Shown: positions 11,780 to 24,050 of the stretch, piece after piece | Layout: every line of letters begins with the position of its first letter | How positions within the stretch are numbered: the stretch's first letter is position 1 | Notes under the pieces: model-generated | Told to the model about the DNA's origin: nothing | Database searches by the model: none | The model's input: only the letters and a program-made list of their open reading frames with translations | Position numbers and translations under genes: made by a program | Origin: Camelus ferus | Taxonomy: Eukaryota | DNA: 64,000 bases | Direction: 5' to 3' | Assembly (NCBI RefSeq): GCF_009834535.1 | Contig: NC_045713.1 | Coordinates: 7,564,001 to 7,628,000 of the forward strand

Positions 11780-12388
11780 ATCTCTGGGATTTCTCTCTGA
11801 AGTGGCGCTTGAGGTGCTCGATCAGGTGCGAGTGGCGGCCGAAGCTCTTGCCGCACTCGGAGCAGCCGTAGGGCCTCTCGCCGCTGTGCACGCTGTGGTG
11901 CTGCACCAGGTGCGAGCTGACGCGGAAGGCCTTCCCGCACACCTGGCACTTGTAGGGCTTCTCCCCGGTGTGGACCCGCTGGTGCTGCGTCAGGTGCACG
12001 CGCTGGTTGTAGCTTTTTCCGCACTCCCCGCACTGGAAAGGCTTCTCCCCTGTGTGGATGCGCCGGTGCTGAATGAAGTTGGAGGCTTGGAGGAAAAATT
12101 TCCCACAGTCATTACATTTGTGACCCCTCTCGCGGCTTGGGTTCTGCTGACGGTGAACGTCCGTGATGGCACCCAGACCTCTTTTCTGAGGAGGGTTCTG
12201 CCTTGATCGCCCCACCGTGGGGTTTACCTGCCACCTGTCTACCCTGCTGTGAAGGTCACTGACTTCTGCAAACCCCTGGCTCGGGGGAACATTCCTTTCT
12301 GTGCTTCCTGAGGTCATCCATGGCGATTCGGCCTCCTTGGAAATCTGCTTTACCAAGACTTCCATGCTGTCATTCCTGGATTCATAAT
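11780..12388 (-). CDS. ZKSCAN5: ZKSCAN5 coding exon 5 (spacer plus 4 C2H2 fingers), 609 bp, phase 1-1
   Basis: ctcag|AT TAT GAA ... CAG AGA T|GTAGGT. Reads [14 protein letters not shown]...[14 protein letters not shown]...HFREKSQR. Confidence 0.95.
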
Positions 12389-12715
12389 CTGAGATAGTGG
12401 AAGGAAAATGGAAAAGTTAGCTTATTCCCTGCATTCAAAGAAAAGAAAAATGACCGAGGAATACGGGATAATGATATGAAACCAACAGGTTCTGGCAATG
12501 CAGGACCTGGTAAAGTCGCCTGCAAAATGACTTTACAATACAGGGATGGGAAACACAATGCTGAAGCAGGAAACTGAGGCAGGTTAGGGAAGAAAGAGCC
12601 GGTAAGAATGGTTCGGAGGATGAGACTGGGAGTGTAGTCGTTCTATTTAATGAAGATGATACCCTCTCGGTGTGGTATTTCCACAGTCCTTGTTTGTGAA
12701 TACCTGTTCACTATT

Positions 12716-12834
12716 GGGGGGGGGGGTCTGGTCATTTATCTACTTATTTATTCTCTAATGGAGGTACGGGGGATTGAACCCAGGACCCCATGCGTGCTGA
12801 GCATGCACTCTACCACTGAGCTGTACCCTGCCCC
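12716..12834 (-). mobile_element. tRNA-Ala-derived SINE (Vic-1-like)
   Basis: Reverse complement cagggtacagctcagtggtagagtgcatgctcagcacg...gggttcaatccc. Confidence 0.9.
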
Positions 12835-15816
12835 TTCAATGTTAACTGTTCTCAATCAAATTTGATATTGGGTTATGCAGCTAACCCGGGCTTCACTTTC
12901 CCCTTCCTGTTTATTCACAGCCTGGAGAAGAAAGAAGCTCTTTCTCACTTTTTTAATCCTCAAAGAATCTCAGTTTGGTGTGAATTCATATAAAGGAGAA
13001 AAGGCATTCTGTCTATACCCAGAGAAGCCCTTCAACTGTCAAGAGCTAGCTTAGCACACAGCAGTCACTGATGAATAGAGACCTTTAAGAGACTGATCAG
13101 TTCCTTGTGGAACTAGTTTAGCAACATACATTTCACTCAAAACACTGACATTTACTAGGGTTTGCAAAGACAAGCCTTCAGCAGTTAACAAAAAATAAGG
13201 AATGTTTTTTAAATGCTGGGGAGATAGATCATGGCCTACTGAGAACTTTCTAATAAGATTTTCTTGTAAAAGAAAAAAAAAGCTGTTTTCAAGTCTTAAC
13301 ACAAAAACGGAACTAAAGCACCAACAGTGGCTGAGTGCGCACCACGCACGAGGCACTGAGCCCGCAAGTGCTTTCCAGTTTTACGGCTTTCAGTCCTTAC
13401 GACGACCCTCTGAGGTGGATGCTGTCCTTTCTTGACATAGTGAGGAGCTGTAAGTCTTGTACCATGAAGGCAACTTTAATTTATCTTACAACTATTTTTA
13501 CTCAATTCTCTTCCTAAAAAGACATTTTTAACAGTGGAAACAAATAAGCATATAAACAGAAGAATTCTATCACAAAACCAGACTTTTGACATGTTTTTTC
13601 CTCCCCCATTTAACTAAGCAGGTAATCTCAGCTATCACAGTATTTCTCTCTTATTCACAGCCACTTATGCCCACACATTTTATTCATACTAGAATTCTCT
13701 CCCATTCAGCAAGTTGAACAAGCTCATGGCTTTCTTTTTCTAGGGGTGGACGTGAAAAAATCATATGTGCTCAGTGCACCTCTTTGGGGCACTTAACGAT
13801 CACCCTTCTCCAGAGAAGGTGATTATACAGGTTGTTTTACCAACTGGCTTACGGATTCGCTTTTCTCCTCTTTCCCCACCTCTTCTCTGAGGACATCATA
13901 AGCTTCCTGCTGACTCTCCTGGCTAACTGTATGTCTGACAGAGAACTGTGGTCCTTGCTCAATGCTATGCCTGGGTGCTTAGTGCTTGGGGGCGAGGAGG
14001 GGAAGTTGGTACAAAAAATGCCCAATCAGTGGATTTACTGCTTTACAAATTCACACTCTTCAATCTCACTGATACCCAGCTGGCATTCTATGTGTCTAAG
14101 GGTGGCTGGTTTCCCACTCATTCTTCTCAGTGCTTTCCCAGTAGCATTTAAGTAGGCTTAAAACCTCCCCCATTAATAGAGACGAAATACAAAATCATCC
14201 ATCCATCTAAACCATGTACCCTTTCAGTGATCAGCCCTCTTTCACCTTCCCTTCACAGACAATGCTCTCGAAGGTTTTTCAAGAACAGCTTCCTCAAATT
14301 CCTCTCCTTTGCAATCTTCCAAGAAACTGTCTCTTGTTCCCCAACACCCCAGCCACTCCACTGAAATGGCTGTCTCCAATATTCATTCGCTAATTTTTAA
14401 AAATCTCGTTTCTAAATCTGATGGATACTTTTAGAATCTTCACCTTCTCTGGTGCTGTCAGGAACATACAGGCATGAAACTAATCTAATGCGACCTTCCC
14501 AGAGAAGTTATTGAGAAACCACTGAGTATGTTCTTAATGTAGAAAAATATGCTCAAGTTGTAAAGCTACTGTAATGAAGAGATGGATAATGAGAAAAAAA
14601 AAAATCAGAAAGCAAGAATTCAGAACAGCCTGGAGAATGGTATACAAAAGAACTATGCCAAGTTCTGAAACTCTGAAACCCATTAAATACCTATAATGTA
14701 ATAGAAAAAGATTAAAAAAATACTTATTGACTCAAATCAGACCAGGAAGGTATTTGAAATTAGTTTTAAAAGGAGAGAATGAAAAAAATTGCATTAAGTA
14801 TAATATTTACACTACATAAATAATTCCTTGCGACTACCACTAAGATTCCAACAGATAAACAAGCAGAGGGCATGTACCTATAAATGAAAGAACACAAATA
14901 TATACCAATAGTAATAAAAGAAATGGAAAATTTTAAAAAGCAGAAGTCAATTTTATTTTTTTTAAATAAAAGCCTGTGAGTGAATGAACACGTAGTTCAT
15001 TTCAAAAAGAATGCTCTTCAAAAGAAATTTGGCATTATCATGTATGTACTTCCTCTAACGTCTGCCAGTGTGCTTGCTATATAGTCGTTCTTCCAAAATA
15101 GTTCATTCAAAAGAAGCTAAAAGCCTAAGCTCCAAAGTGTTGGCCAAGTGCTGAGATTTTTTTTTATAATTGCTCCAGGCAGCACAATCAAATATTAGTT
15201 TCCAGGATCATAACTTAGCCAGAAACAGGTTCAAAAATCTCATCTGGGGCGCAAAATTCAAGAAGGGATAAGATGTGTAAAATGCCAATGTCAAGGTGAA
15301 CAACACAAAATAGGTACCAGGGATGTGAGAAAGGTAATGGGGTGGACCACTCACCATCCACGCGTGAGAAGAAAGGAAAAGAATTAACGCTATTGAGATA
15401 CTGTAATAACTACTGTAATCAACGGTTATGCAGCGAAGTCTGAGATGCTTTCACACCTGAGAATGACTCAGTTAACAATTATTCAATTTGTCAAGGAGCA
15501 GAGCACAATAACTACTATAAATCTGTTAGAATCCAATCCTGTTAGCTTGAAGCTAAACATGACATTTGCTGGACTGCAAATGAGATCCCCAAAGCATTAT
15601 CAGTCCTCAATCATAAACATATTATGATGGAAATCATCAGAATAAGCTGAACAAGGAAGAAAAGAGGGAGAAAGCTGATTCTTTCATAGGATAAAAAAAT
15701 AAGCAAGGTCATAGCAATGAAAACATACACGCTTTTATATAGGACATGCTAGAAATATTCTTTCGAAGATAACAAAATTAAGATGTCCTAATCCATGCAG
15801 ACGAAATAATTCTTAC

Positions 15817-15952
15817 CCATGGAAGTAACACTCCCATAATTCTCCTTCCTGTCATCCCTATAGAGGGACTTCTGGGACTGGTCCAAATGTCCCCATTCCT
15901 CCAGGATGAAGGATACAGCCACATCAGCCACATCTTCAATTTTCACCAACTT
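15817..15952 (-). CDS. ZKSCAN5: ZKSCAN5 KRAB-A-like exon, 136 bp
   Basis: tttcag|AAG ... ATG G|GTAAGA. Reads KLVKIEDVADVAVSFILEEWGHLDQSQKSLYRDDRKENYGSVTSM. Confidence 0.95.
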
Positions 15953-16227
15953 CTGAAACACAAAATCACCACTAAATTCCCTACGTTCAAATTTGGAGTG
16001 AGGGGAGGAACAGGGGTTGGGGGTGGGCACTAAGGAAAGAAAAAGGGGAGGGACAATGCTTCACAGAGGCCAGAGGTGTAGACCAGAAAAAGACATTAAA
16101 GCACAAACGCGATGGGCCCAGTCTCTGGTTAAAGAGACAGAACTCTGATAAAGATTCAGGCTTAAGGCAGCTACTGGTTGAAGAATAGACATGGGTCCTC
16201 AATGTGGGCACAGGGATGCCGGCTCAC

Positions 16228-16310
16228 CTGGGACCCAGCTGAGAGAAGTGAGGCTGTCAGCTCCTGGCTGTCCTTCAGGGGAAGGGAGGGAACTTGGAGA
16301 GCAGGAAGGG
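16228..16310 (-). CDS. ZKSCAN5: ZKSCAN5 coding exon 3, 83 bp
   Basis: cccctcag|CC ... CAG|GTGAGC. Reads LPALQVPSLPLKDSQELTASLLSAGSQ. Confidence 0.95.
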
Positions 16311-17124
16311 CTGAGGGGGGAGAAAAAGAGGTGTCAGTGAGCATCTCTCTGCCCAGTTCCAACTGCCATCATGTTCCACTTTTGCTCAGGAATCCACAAT
16401 GGCGCCCAGTGGCATCAGGGCTTGGCTGTCAAGACCCTCTACTTTTTAGCTCCCCGGCACCTACCGTATACGCACTCTTCCCCTCCAAAACCAGACGCCC
16501 TGCTTTGGTCAGGCTAGTCCTGCTGCTGACCGCATATGGTGCCACTCCCCTACAAAGGATGCACTCTGCTCTGCCAAGGTCAAATCTAGTCGTCTCAAAG
16601 AATCTCCAAAGTCCCACATCTTCCACGAAGCTGAGAGCCTGAGGCTTCTCAAACTTTACTGTGCAAACAAATCACCTGGGGGTCTTGGAACAGGGCAGAT
16701 TCTGCCTCAGAAGTTTTGGGGTGGCCCTTAGTCATTTTTTATGGCTTTTATATTATCCAAAGTTCCTTGATACAGAGAGGTTTAATTCTTACTAAAATTT
16801 CTTTTAAAATTCTTTTTCATTATCCTTTGACTCTTCTGTAAATTATTCATAAAATGACTTAAAAATATTTTTAAAAAATAGGATCCATCGACCCCAGCTA
16901 TTAAACGGTGAGGACTATTTTCCCAGTGCACTGAGGGTTAAATGAGTTCATCCAGGTAAAGCTTAGAACGGCCCCTGACACACAGTGAACACCACGTAAG
17001 GAGTAGCTGCTGCCGCTTCAGTTACTGTTACCACAGGGGAAGGAAAGCTGGAAAAGCTTAGAGCCCCGGGATGTCAACTGAAAGGCCAGCCACTCCAAGA
17101 AGCCTGGAAGAAAGCCTGGGGCCA

Positions 17125-17485
17125 AGTAGGAAATACGGGTTCACAATTCTTATCCACATTCTGAAATCCCAGAGCTCAAAACATCAAGTTTTTTTGTTTT
17201 GTTTTTTTCATTAAGTTGGCCATTGAACTAATTTGACAGCAAAACCTGACCAGACCTGATGTGAAGCTATTTGAAGTTTTTATTTAATGCACTTACTGGA
17301 ATTATGCATACATTTCACTGCCGAAATATTAAATTAATGTGTGTGATTAAGGGGTCCCACCTCAAATCCTGTTGGGAGTATGATGTACATATGTAAATCA
17401 TCTCATCTCTCTAAATCTGAAAAATTCTAAATTCTAAAATGTATCTGATACCAAGAGTTTCTGATGAGGGACAGACTTGTGGAAT
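17125..17485. mobile_element. MER46C-like Tigger MITE
   Basis: cacaattcttatcc...aaaacctgaccagacctgatgtgaagctattt...ctgatgagggacagacttgt. Confidence 0.6.
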
Positions 17486-17529
17486 ACATCATCATAAGTG
17501 GGGTATTCATCAGGATCTGCAGATACGCA

Positions 17530-17710
17530 CGACTGTATGTAAAGTAGGTAAACAACAAGGTCCTACTGTACAGCACGGAGAACTATATTCAATATCTTGT
17601 AATGGCCTATAATGAAAAAAAGTATGGAAAGGAATATATATACGTGAATCACTGTGCTGTACACAAGAAATGAACACATTGTAAATCGTCCATACTTCAA
17701 TTTAAAAAAT
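17530..17710 (+). mobile_element. Short 5'-truncated L1 3' end
   Basis: aacaacaaggtcctactgtacagcac...gaatcactgtgctgtacac...acttcaatttaaaaaa, a cetartiodactyl-type L1 terminus. Confidence 0.8.
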
Positions 17711-18243
17711 TAACAAGATATTTAACTGTTCACTTTTGTTCCTTGATGGATCTAACACAGTTTAATAAAAGCGAGAGCGAGAGCGAGGGAAGGAGAGACA
17801 GAGAGAACAGATGCTCTGAAGGTCATTGTGAAGCACAGCTTAAAACAAGATTTTGCAGCGAAGGTCTGAGCAGCCACAAGTGCTGTCAGGAACTGGAGGG
17901 CTCTGTCTGTGTTGAGTGTGAGGATGGCAAAATGCACGCAGCAGGGTCGGAAAACTGTTGCAAGACACATAGAATACTTTTGTAAAAGACTTCTGCCAAT
18001 CTTTTAACAGTACCTGCACTTAGAGTTGCCATCAGCTGCGTGACAGCTCTCAAGTGTGGTCAGGTGGTTCCTGGCCAGGCCTGTCTGCTGACCAGGGACT
18101 TGATTCCGGGTCTCCACCCCTTCCCAACCCCCAGATCAGGCTGACTACAGAGGGGCTGCCCCGCCCAAAGCCTCTCTCTACAGACACTGCTGACCGCGTG
18201 GCCAGGGCACCCACATCCGTTCCACCGAATCCCACGTCCTCAC

Positions 18244-18382
18244 CGTCTTCCTCTAGAACATGAGGCTTCTGTGGCTCTTGTTCGGGCTGCGGGTCCACAG
18301 GCAGGAGCTGGTGACTGAAGGACTCGGGCCTGGCTCCAGGGGGCTCTATCTTCTGAGGAAGCCCTTCGGGAAACGCCACAAT
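18244..18382 (-). CDS. ZKSCAN5: ZKSCAN5 coding exon 2, 139 bp
   Basis: ttgttag|ATT ... GAC G|GTGAGG. Reads IVAFPEGLPQKIEPPG...PEQEPQKPHVLEED. Confidence 0.93.
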
Positions 18383-19467
18383 CTAACAACCACAACCACA
18401 CCTGTCAGCACGTTACAGGAAAGGCTGCAGGAGAATCCAGTGAGCTCCCGTTATTCCTGCATCCCTCCCTTTGCCAAGTATTTACTGTGAATCTCCAGCG
18501 AGCCGGGCATTAATTACACAGTGGCTTGGTAAGCACAGGTCTATGTCTAGTTGAACACAACTTCTATTAAACATATCAACACACAGATAAATAATTGCAA
18601 ACAGTGCTATATGTTAGAAAGGAGAAGAAATGGCACCAGGAGGCAGAACAGATGAGACCCGTTTTCAATTGGGTGGCCAAGAAAGGCTTTTCTAAGGAGG
18701 TGCCACTGAAATGAACACCTAAAGGATGTAAGAAGCCAGCCAGGAGAAAGTAAGGGGTGTCCCAGGCACACAGCACGACATAAGCAAAGGCCGTCAGGCA
18801 GAAAGTGGGTGCTGGGGACGGTCAAGGAAACATAAGGCCGGTGTGGACCATGTTTAGTGAAGGGGGGTGAGGGTTGAGAAGTGAGCTTGGAAAGGTCAAC
18901 CTAGGACTCAGGAAGCCACGCTCAGCGCCCTGGCAGACCAGGTTCGACTAGGACAGACTGACACCAAGACCAGAGCAAGTTCACGCTGGTACATCCTCCA
19001 TCTTTCTGTTCTTTGCTCTTCTACAGCCTGGGGACACACAGTCACTCTGCCACACCAGGCTCTAGAATCTGCCTCTTCTGGAAGGTACTAGCTCCTAGCA
19101 GGTAATAAGATCCTGCTTTGAGATAGAATCACCACCTCCCCCCCCCTCCCCCCTCCCGTAGGTTTCAAAGCACTTTCAATGTTAATCCTCTGAGTGCTGG
19201 CCAAATGTGGTCCAGGTGTCACATTAAGAGGCAGAACACTTGTGCAAGTATGACTCTGCAAGGGAGTGTCCTTGGGGTCCCACTCAGAACAAGAGTTAAG
19301 ACGATGCCAAGTATGTCAAAGGGTAGTGGGGCACCAAAGAAGCAAAGCAGCCCTTGAGGTCCCCTGAGACCAGGACAGAGAAACCAAAGAGGAGGGGTAA
19401 AGGATAAAGCCTGGGAAAGGCTGGCCAGAGACAAGACCTACCTGGAGATTAAGTTGAAGGATAACGT

Positions 19468-19585
19468 CAAAATATGAAAATGAATGTATGTATGTACATA
19501 CATGACTGGGACACTGTGCTGTACACCAGAAATTGACACACTGTAACTGATGGCACTTCAATTAAAAAATAAAAAAAAATTTTAA
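19468..19585 (+). mobile_element. Short 5'-truncated L1 3' end
   Basis: catgactgggacactgtgctgtacaccagaaattgacac...cttcaattaaaaaa. Same family as 57590-57720. Confidence 0.8.
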
Positions 19586-20339
19586 AAGAGTAACATCAGG
19601 ATTATGGAAGGCAGGCAGAGAGAAAGGCAAACACACTGAGCTTGGAGGCCCCAAATCCCTGACAAGAACTCAGAAATGATCGTTCTCTGTGTTCCTTCCA
19701 CAGATGGGGTGTGTATCAAAATAGAGCGGTCAGTGTGTAAGATCTGCTGTAAATCCTCTATTTAAAAAGTGCTTTTTGTTTTTCACTATGCTTTTGAATA
19801 TTTATTACTAGAAAAAAGTAGGGAAAAGTCTGTCCACTGGTGTCCCAAATGAGGCGTAAGAAAGGATAACTAGACGCACCACCGAACTTCGACTTCCCAT
19901 CCTGACAGAAGCAAGGGAAAGGTTCTGACACTCCTGTTTGCAAGACAGGCATTCAGCACAGCTGCAGGGTTTGACAGCAGGGCCAGAGCAGCTCCCTCTG
20001 CTCCCCACTTGCCTAATGGGTGAACTAAACCAGCCAAGAGCCTGGGGATGTTCTGGAATACTGAAGTACCCTGGACCCAGAGGGGAAGAATAAAGATTCA
20101 GATACCTTACCCTCAAATGCAATGGCTCTGAAAATGAGGGAAATTCTCTAATTGGCTTCAAACTCCTGCAGACCTATGCTCCCACGATTTTTGTTTCTTT
20201 GCTATTAAAAAAAAAATTAAAGTTTAAGAGTGTGTGAGCCTAACAACAAGAGGGAGGTAGAAAGTCAGGTGATAAATGAGAGAGAAGGGACAAGAAGACA
20301 ACAGCAACAGAAAGATAACGATCCTTCTTAAATTACTAT

Positions 20340-21780
20340 ATGATTTCATGCAGTCCCAACAAAAATACCAGCTTTGGGGTGGTGGGAACTAAGTAACTCT
20401 CAAGTTTATACAGAAGAAAGGAAATACTGAAAAGAAAAAACTGCAAGGGGGAAGGGCAGACCTACTGAATACCAAATACTTTTCAGAGCTCAAATAAATA
20501 CTGACATATGAACAAACAGTAAGATCAATAAAATACAATAAAAGGACCAGAAATGGAGCCATATATGCAGAAATTTGGAATAGAATAAAGATAGCATTTT
20601 AATCAGAGAGGAAAAAAAGAGATCACCATACAAGTTGCTGGAACAACTGCACAGACATGTGAGAAAAACATTAAGCTACAACCACCCCAAACATCCTACA
20701 CCAAAATGAATTCCAGATGGAGCAGTCATTTCAAAGAGTAAAACAAAACAATAACAACAAAAAAACTATGGAGAAGAAACTATTAGAAAAGTTTCTCGTA
20801 ACTCTAGCAGAGGGGGCCTTTCAAAGCATGGCACAAAACCCAGAAACCATCAGTTAAAAGACTTCAACAACAAAAAAAAAGATTTCAACTAAAAAAAAAA
20901 AAAAAAAAGATTTCAACTGACTGCATCAAAATAAAAAATCCTGTAAAGTAAAAATTTCCAGAAGCAAAAGCAAGGGGGAAAAATAACACTTGCGACTCAG
21001 ATGACAGACACAGTGCTTACTTTATCTAAAAGGTTAGTATAAACAGATAGTTCAAGAGAAAGGGTATATGCATAGCTTTTTAAACTGTACTGTGGTCAAA
21101 CTCATTCATCATAAGAAAAATGCATATGAGAATCACAGAAATGGAATATTGCATCTTTCAGATTGGCAATAATCAAAAAGTTGGATAACATCGTGTTATC
21201 ACACTGCGAGCAAAAAATTTCTCTCCTCCATGGCTGTTGGGAAAATAAACTGGTCTGACCTCTACAGAGAATAGACTGTCCACAGCTGTCCAAATTACAA
21301 ATGCGCATGGCCTCTGAGCCAACAATTTGACTTCTAAGCTTTTATTCTACAGTTAACGATGTACGTAAAGGATAGTCATTGCAGCAAAGTTTGTTACAGT
21401 AAAAATTCAGAAGCAATCTAAAGGAATAATTTAAATGGCTTTCACCAGGAGTTAAGTTACGGTACATCCACTCAGTGGAACAGAATGGTGAGACAGCTCT
21501 ATCCACATTGACACAGAACAAGCCAAGATATATTCTAAGAAAAAAGCAAGAGGCAGAAGTGCACAGTGATATAAAAAAATCTGTTTTTTTAAAAAAAGTC
21601 ATACACATAGATGCTAATATCTACAGAATACAGTAGATCTCTGTAAGGATACACATGTATCACGTGACAATGGTGGCCTCTGGTGAGAACTCAGGCAGCC
21701 AGGGACTCAGGGGTGGGAGGGAAACTTACTTTTCATTACAACCTTATGTACCTTTTGAATTTTGTATCATGTCATTCAAA
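20340..21780 (+). mobile_element. Old L1M fragments (ORF2 end and 3' UTR)
   Basis: A-rich degenerate L1 sequence such as gaccagaaatggagcc, tttcagattggcaa and gtttgttacagtaaaa. Confidence 0.6.
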
Positions 21781-22019
21781 AAATAAATACAGTGATTTAA
21801 AACACAAATAAAATCGCAGACTGTCTTCTCCAGGTTAACACACTGGATACTGCTTCTCTTTGCTGGAGTGGCAGGAAATCTCCACAGTGGACCTAATCCC
21901 AGGAGAACAAAAGAATATGAATGAAGCACCAGGGCGCTCAGGCTCTCACCCCTGCTCAGCAGCTCCTTAACTCTCTTCCTCTCCTTCCTCATTGCTCCAA
22001 GATCTCCTCTTTCACTCAC

Positions 22020-22433
22020 CTGTTGTCTGCGTTCCTCTAGCTCTCTCTGGATATTTTCTACCACAGCCACAGCCTCTTCTCCACTTTCAGGGTGATGTTC
22101 TCTCACCCAGGTCTGGAACTCTTCGGGCAGGATGGTCAGGAACTGCTCCAGCACCAGCAGCTCCAGGATCTGCTCCTTGGTGTGCAGTTCGGGCCTCAGC
22201 CACTCGCAGCAGAGCACCCGGAGCTGGCTGAGGGCCTCCCGGGGGCCTGACGCCTCGTGGTACTGGAAGTGTTTGAAGCGCTGATAGAAAGTCTCAAACA
22301 CTGGCGGGTTGTACTCTTGCATCCAGGTGCAGTCTTCTTCCTCTACCTTCACGATCAGAAGGTCTTCCTGCTCTTGTGAAGTCTCAGCCGGAGGGTCTAA
22401 GTCTATAACTTCCCCAGTTTCTGTCATTATCAT
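22020..22433 (-). CDS. ZKSCAN5: ZKSCAN5 first coding exon (SCAN domain), 414 bp
   Basis: ATG at 22433. Reads [24 protein letters not shown]...[41 protein letters not shown]...RQQ|GTGAGT. Confidence 0.97.
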
Positions 22434-22949
22434 TCCAACTGGGATAGCTCTCCAGGTAAGCTGGGTTACACTGATCAAATCTGCCTTTTGCTCTTTAAGA
22501 TCTTATGAAGGACACTCTCATTAGCGTGCAACCTACTGATACATTGGAAATCATTATCAGCAAAGAGATGATCGCTCAACAGAGTAATTTACTTAAAAAT
22601 GCGTCCTGCAAGACAGCCAGCACTCCACTCACAAGATAATTACCAACAGGGGATATTTCCAACATTTAAAAAGGATACAGGAGAGCAATAAAAATCTGAC
22701 ATCTAGCCTACTCAAAGACAACCTTAGTAGTGAAGAAGACTAAATTTCATATAAATAGTAGGACAAGACTTACTAACTAGTTAGTCCAGACGCAGCCGCT
22801 CCTTTCTCTACCACAAGCCAAACTTAAGTCAGAACAGAGGTCAAAAACATCACAACGGTCAAAACTGGACCTGTCCTTCAAGCCGTAAGAGCTTGACAGA
22901 TCAACGGGGGACTTCATGGGTCCCGAAGAGAACCGGGGTTCTAAGTACA

Positions 22950-24050
22950 GATTCTGCACTCGGATTCCCGACAATCGCCCCTGACCCCGAGCCACGGAAA
23001 CCTGCCCGATCAAGGTTAGGGACAGGACCCTCGTCTGGACACAAAGGGCATCCCCCTTGCTCAAGGTCCCAGCCCCGGGGAGCTCTCCTGGAAGATCAAG
23101 CTCCCGCAGCCAAGGCTGGGAAGATGGGTTTCTTCTTACAAACAGAGAGAAAACCGAAGCCGACACTTCGCAACACTTCCTCGCCGGAAGTAAGCAAGTC
23201 CAAGCTTTCCCTGACCAACGGGGTAGAGCCGTAGATCCCACCCCCGAGAGCACTTCCGAGTCCTCTCTAGGAATCCCGGAGGCCCTTGCCTCGCAGCGGG
23301 CGGGACGTGCCTGCCCCAGGTCCCGCCCCGAGCCCCGCCCTCAGGGGCTGCGGGCCAATCGGCGGGGAGATAGGGCGCCGGCCTGGGATTCCAGTCCAAC
23401 CTCCGGTAACGCGGCCGTTCCCCGCCCACCGAGCCGCAGGTATAGCGTCCCCAGAGACAGGGAGAAAACCGAGCCGCCCTCTTCCCCAAAACCACTTAAA
23501 CAGCCCGAGCCCGCCCCTTTCCTTAGGGGCCTTAGGTGTCCGGAGCGCTTGCTAAGGCGACAGTCGCTTGTGTCTAGTTGGCCGTGGAACTTGCGCTCCC
23601 TCAGCCCCAACGCTCTGCGTCCCAGTTCAAAACAGGTCCGTACCTTTCTGCGAGCCCGCAACCCTTACTTCTCTCTAATGGACCCTTCGATTTCTTCTCC
23701 TGAATCCTCGCCACTTCCCGCACCCTGTCTCCAGACACACCCACCTCCTTACCACCGCCGTCAGCTCAGACGGCAGAAATCTCCGACGTCAGACCCGCGA
23801 GTCGCGGGAGCCAGCAACTATCGGGACTACATCTCCCAGGAAGCCCCACGCGGGCCACGCCCTCCAGCCAATAGGACCGCGGCTCTCTTCGCAGCCTCGT
23901 CTCGCGGGCCTATCAGAATGCGGGAGGTCAGGGAGACGTTTCCTCGGCGCCTCCAGTGGGAGGCTGAGTGTCGGGACAGGGTCTTCTCCTGGCTGGAGAC
24001 AGTGGGGACGGAGAGAGGAGGCGTCTCCTCAGGGCTTCTCTAGCCAAGGG
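22950..24050 (-). promoter_or_regulatory. ZKSCAN5: ZKSCAN5 CpG island promoter and non-coding first exon(s)
   Basis: ZNF143-type ACTACATCTCCCAGGAAGCC at 23826-23845, CCAAT boxes, GC boxes, ETS CCGGAAGT, and minus-strand donors TG|GTAAGG (23753) and AAG|GTACGG (23644). Confidence 0.8.

Noticed and set aside
8567-12206. Antisense ORFs over the ZKSCAN5 finger exons (8567-9037, 11802-12206)
   Set aside because: Typical stop-poor antisense frames of zinc-finger repeats.
23057-24043. 328-aa plus-strand ORF
   Set aside because: Lies over the ZKSCAN5 CpG island, starts at a non-ATG codon, is Pro/Arg/Ser-rich and has no domain. High GC content explains the lack of stops.
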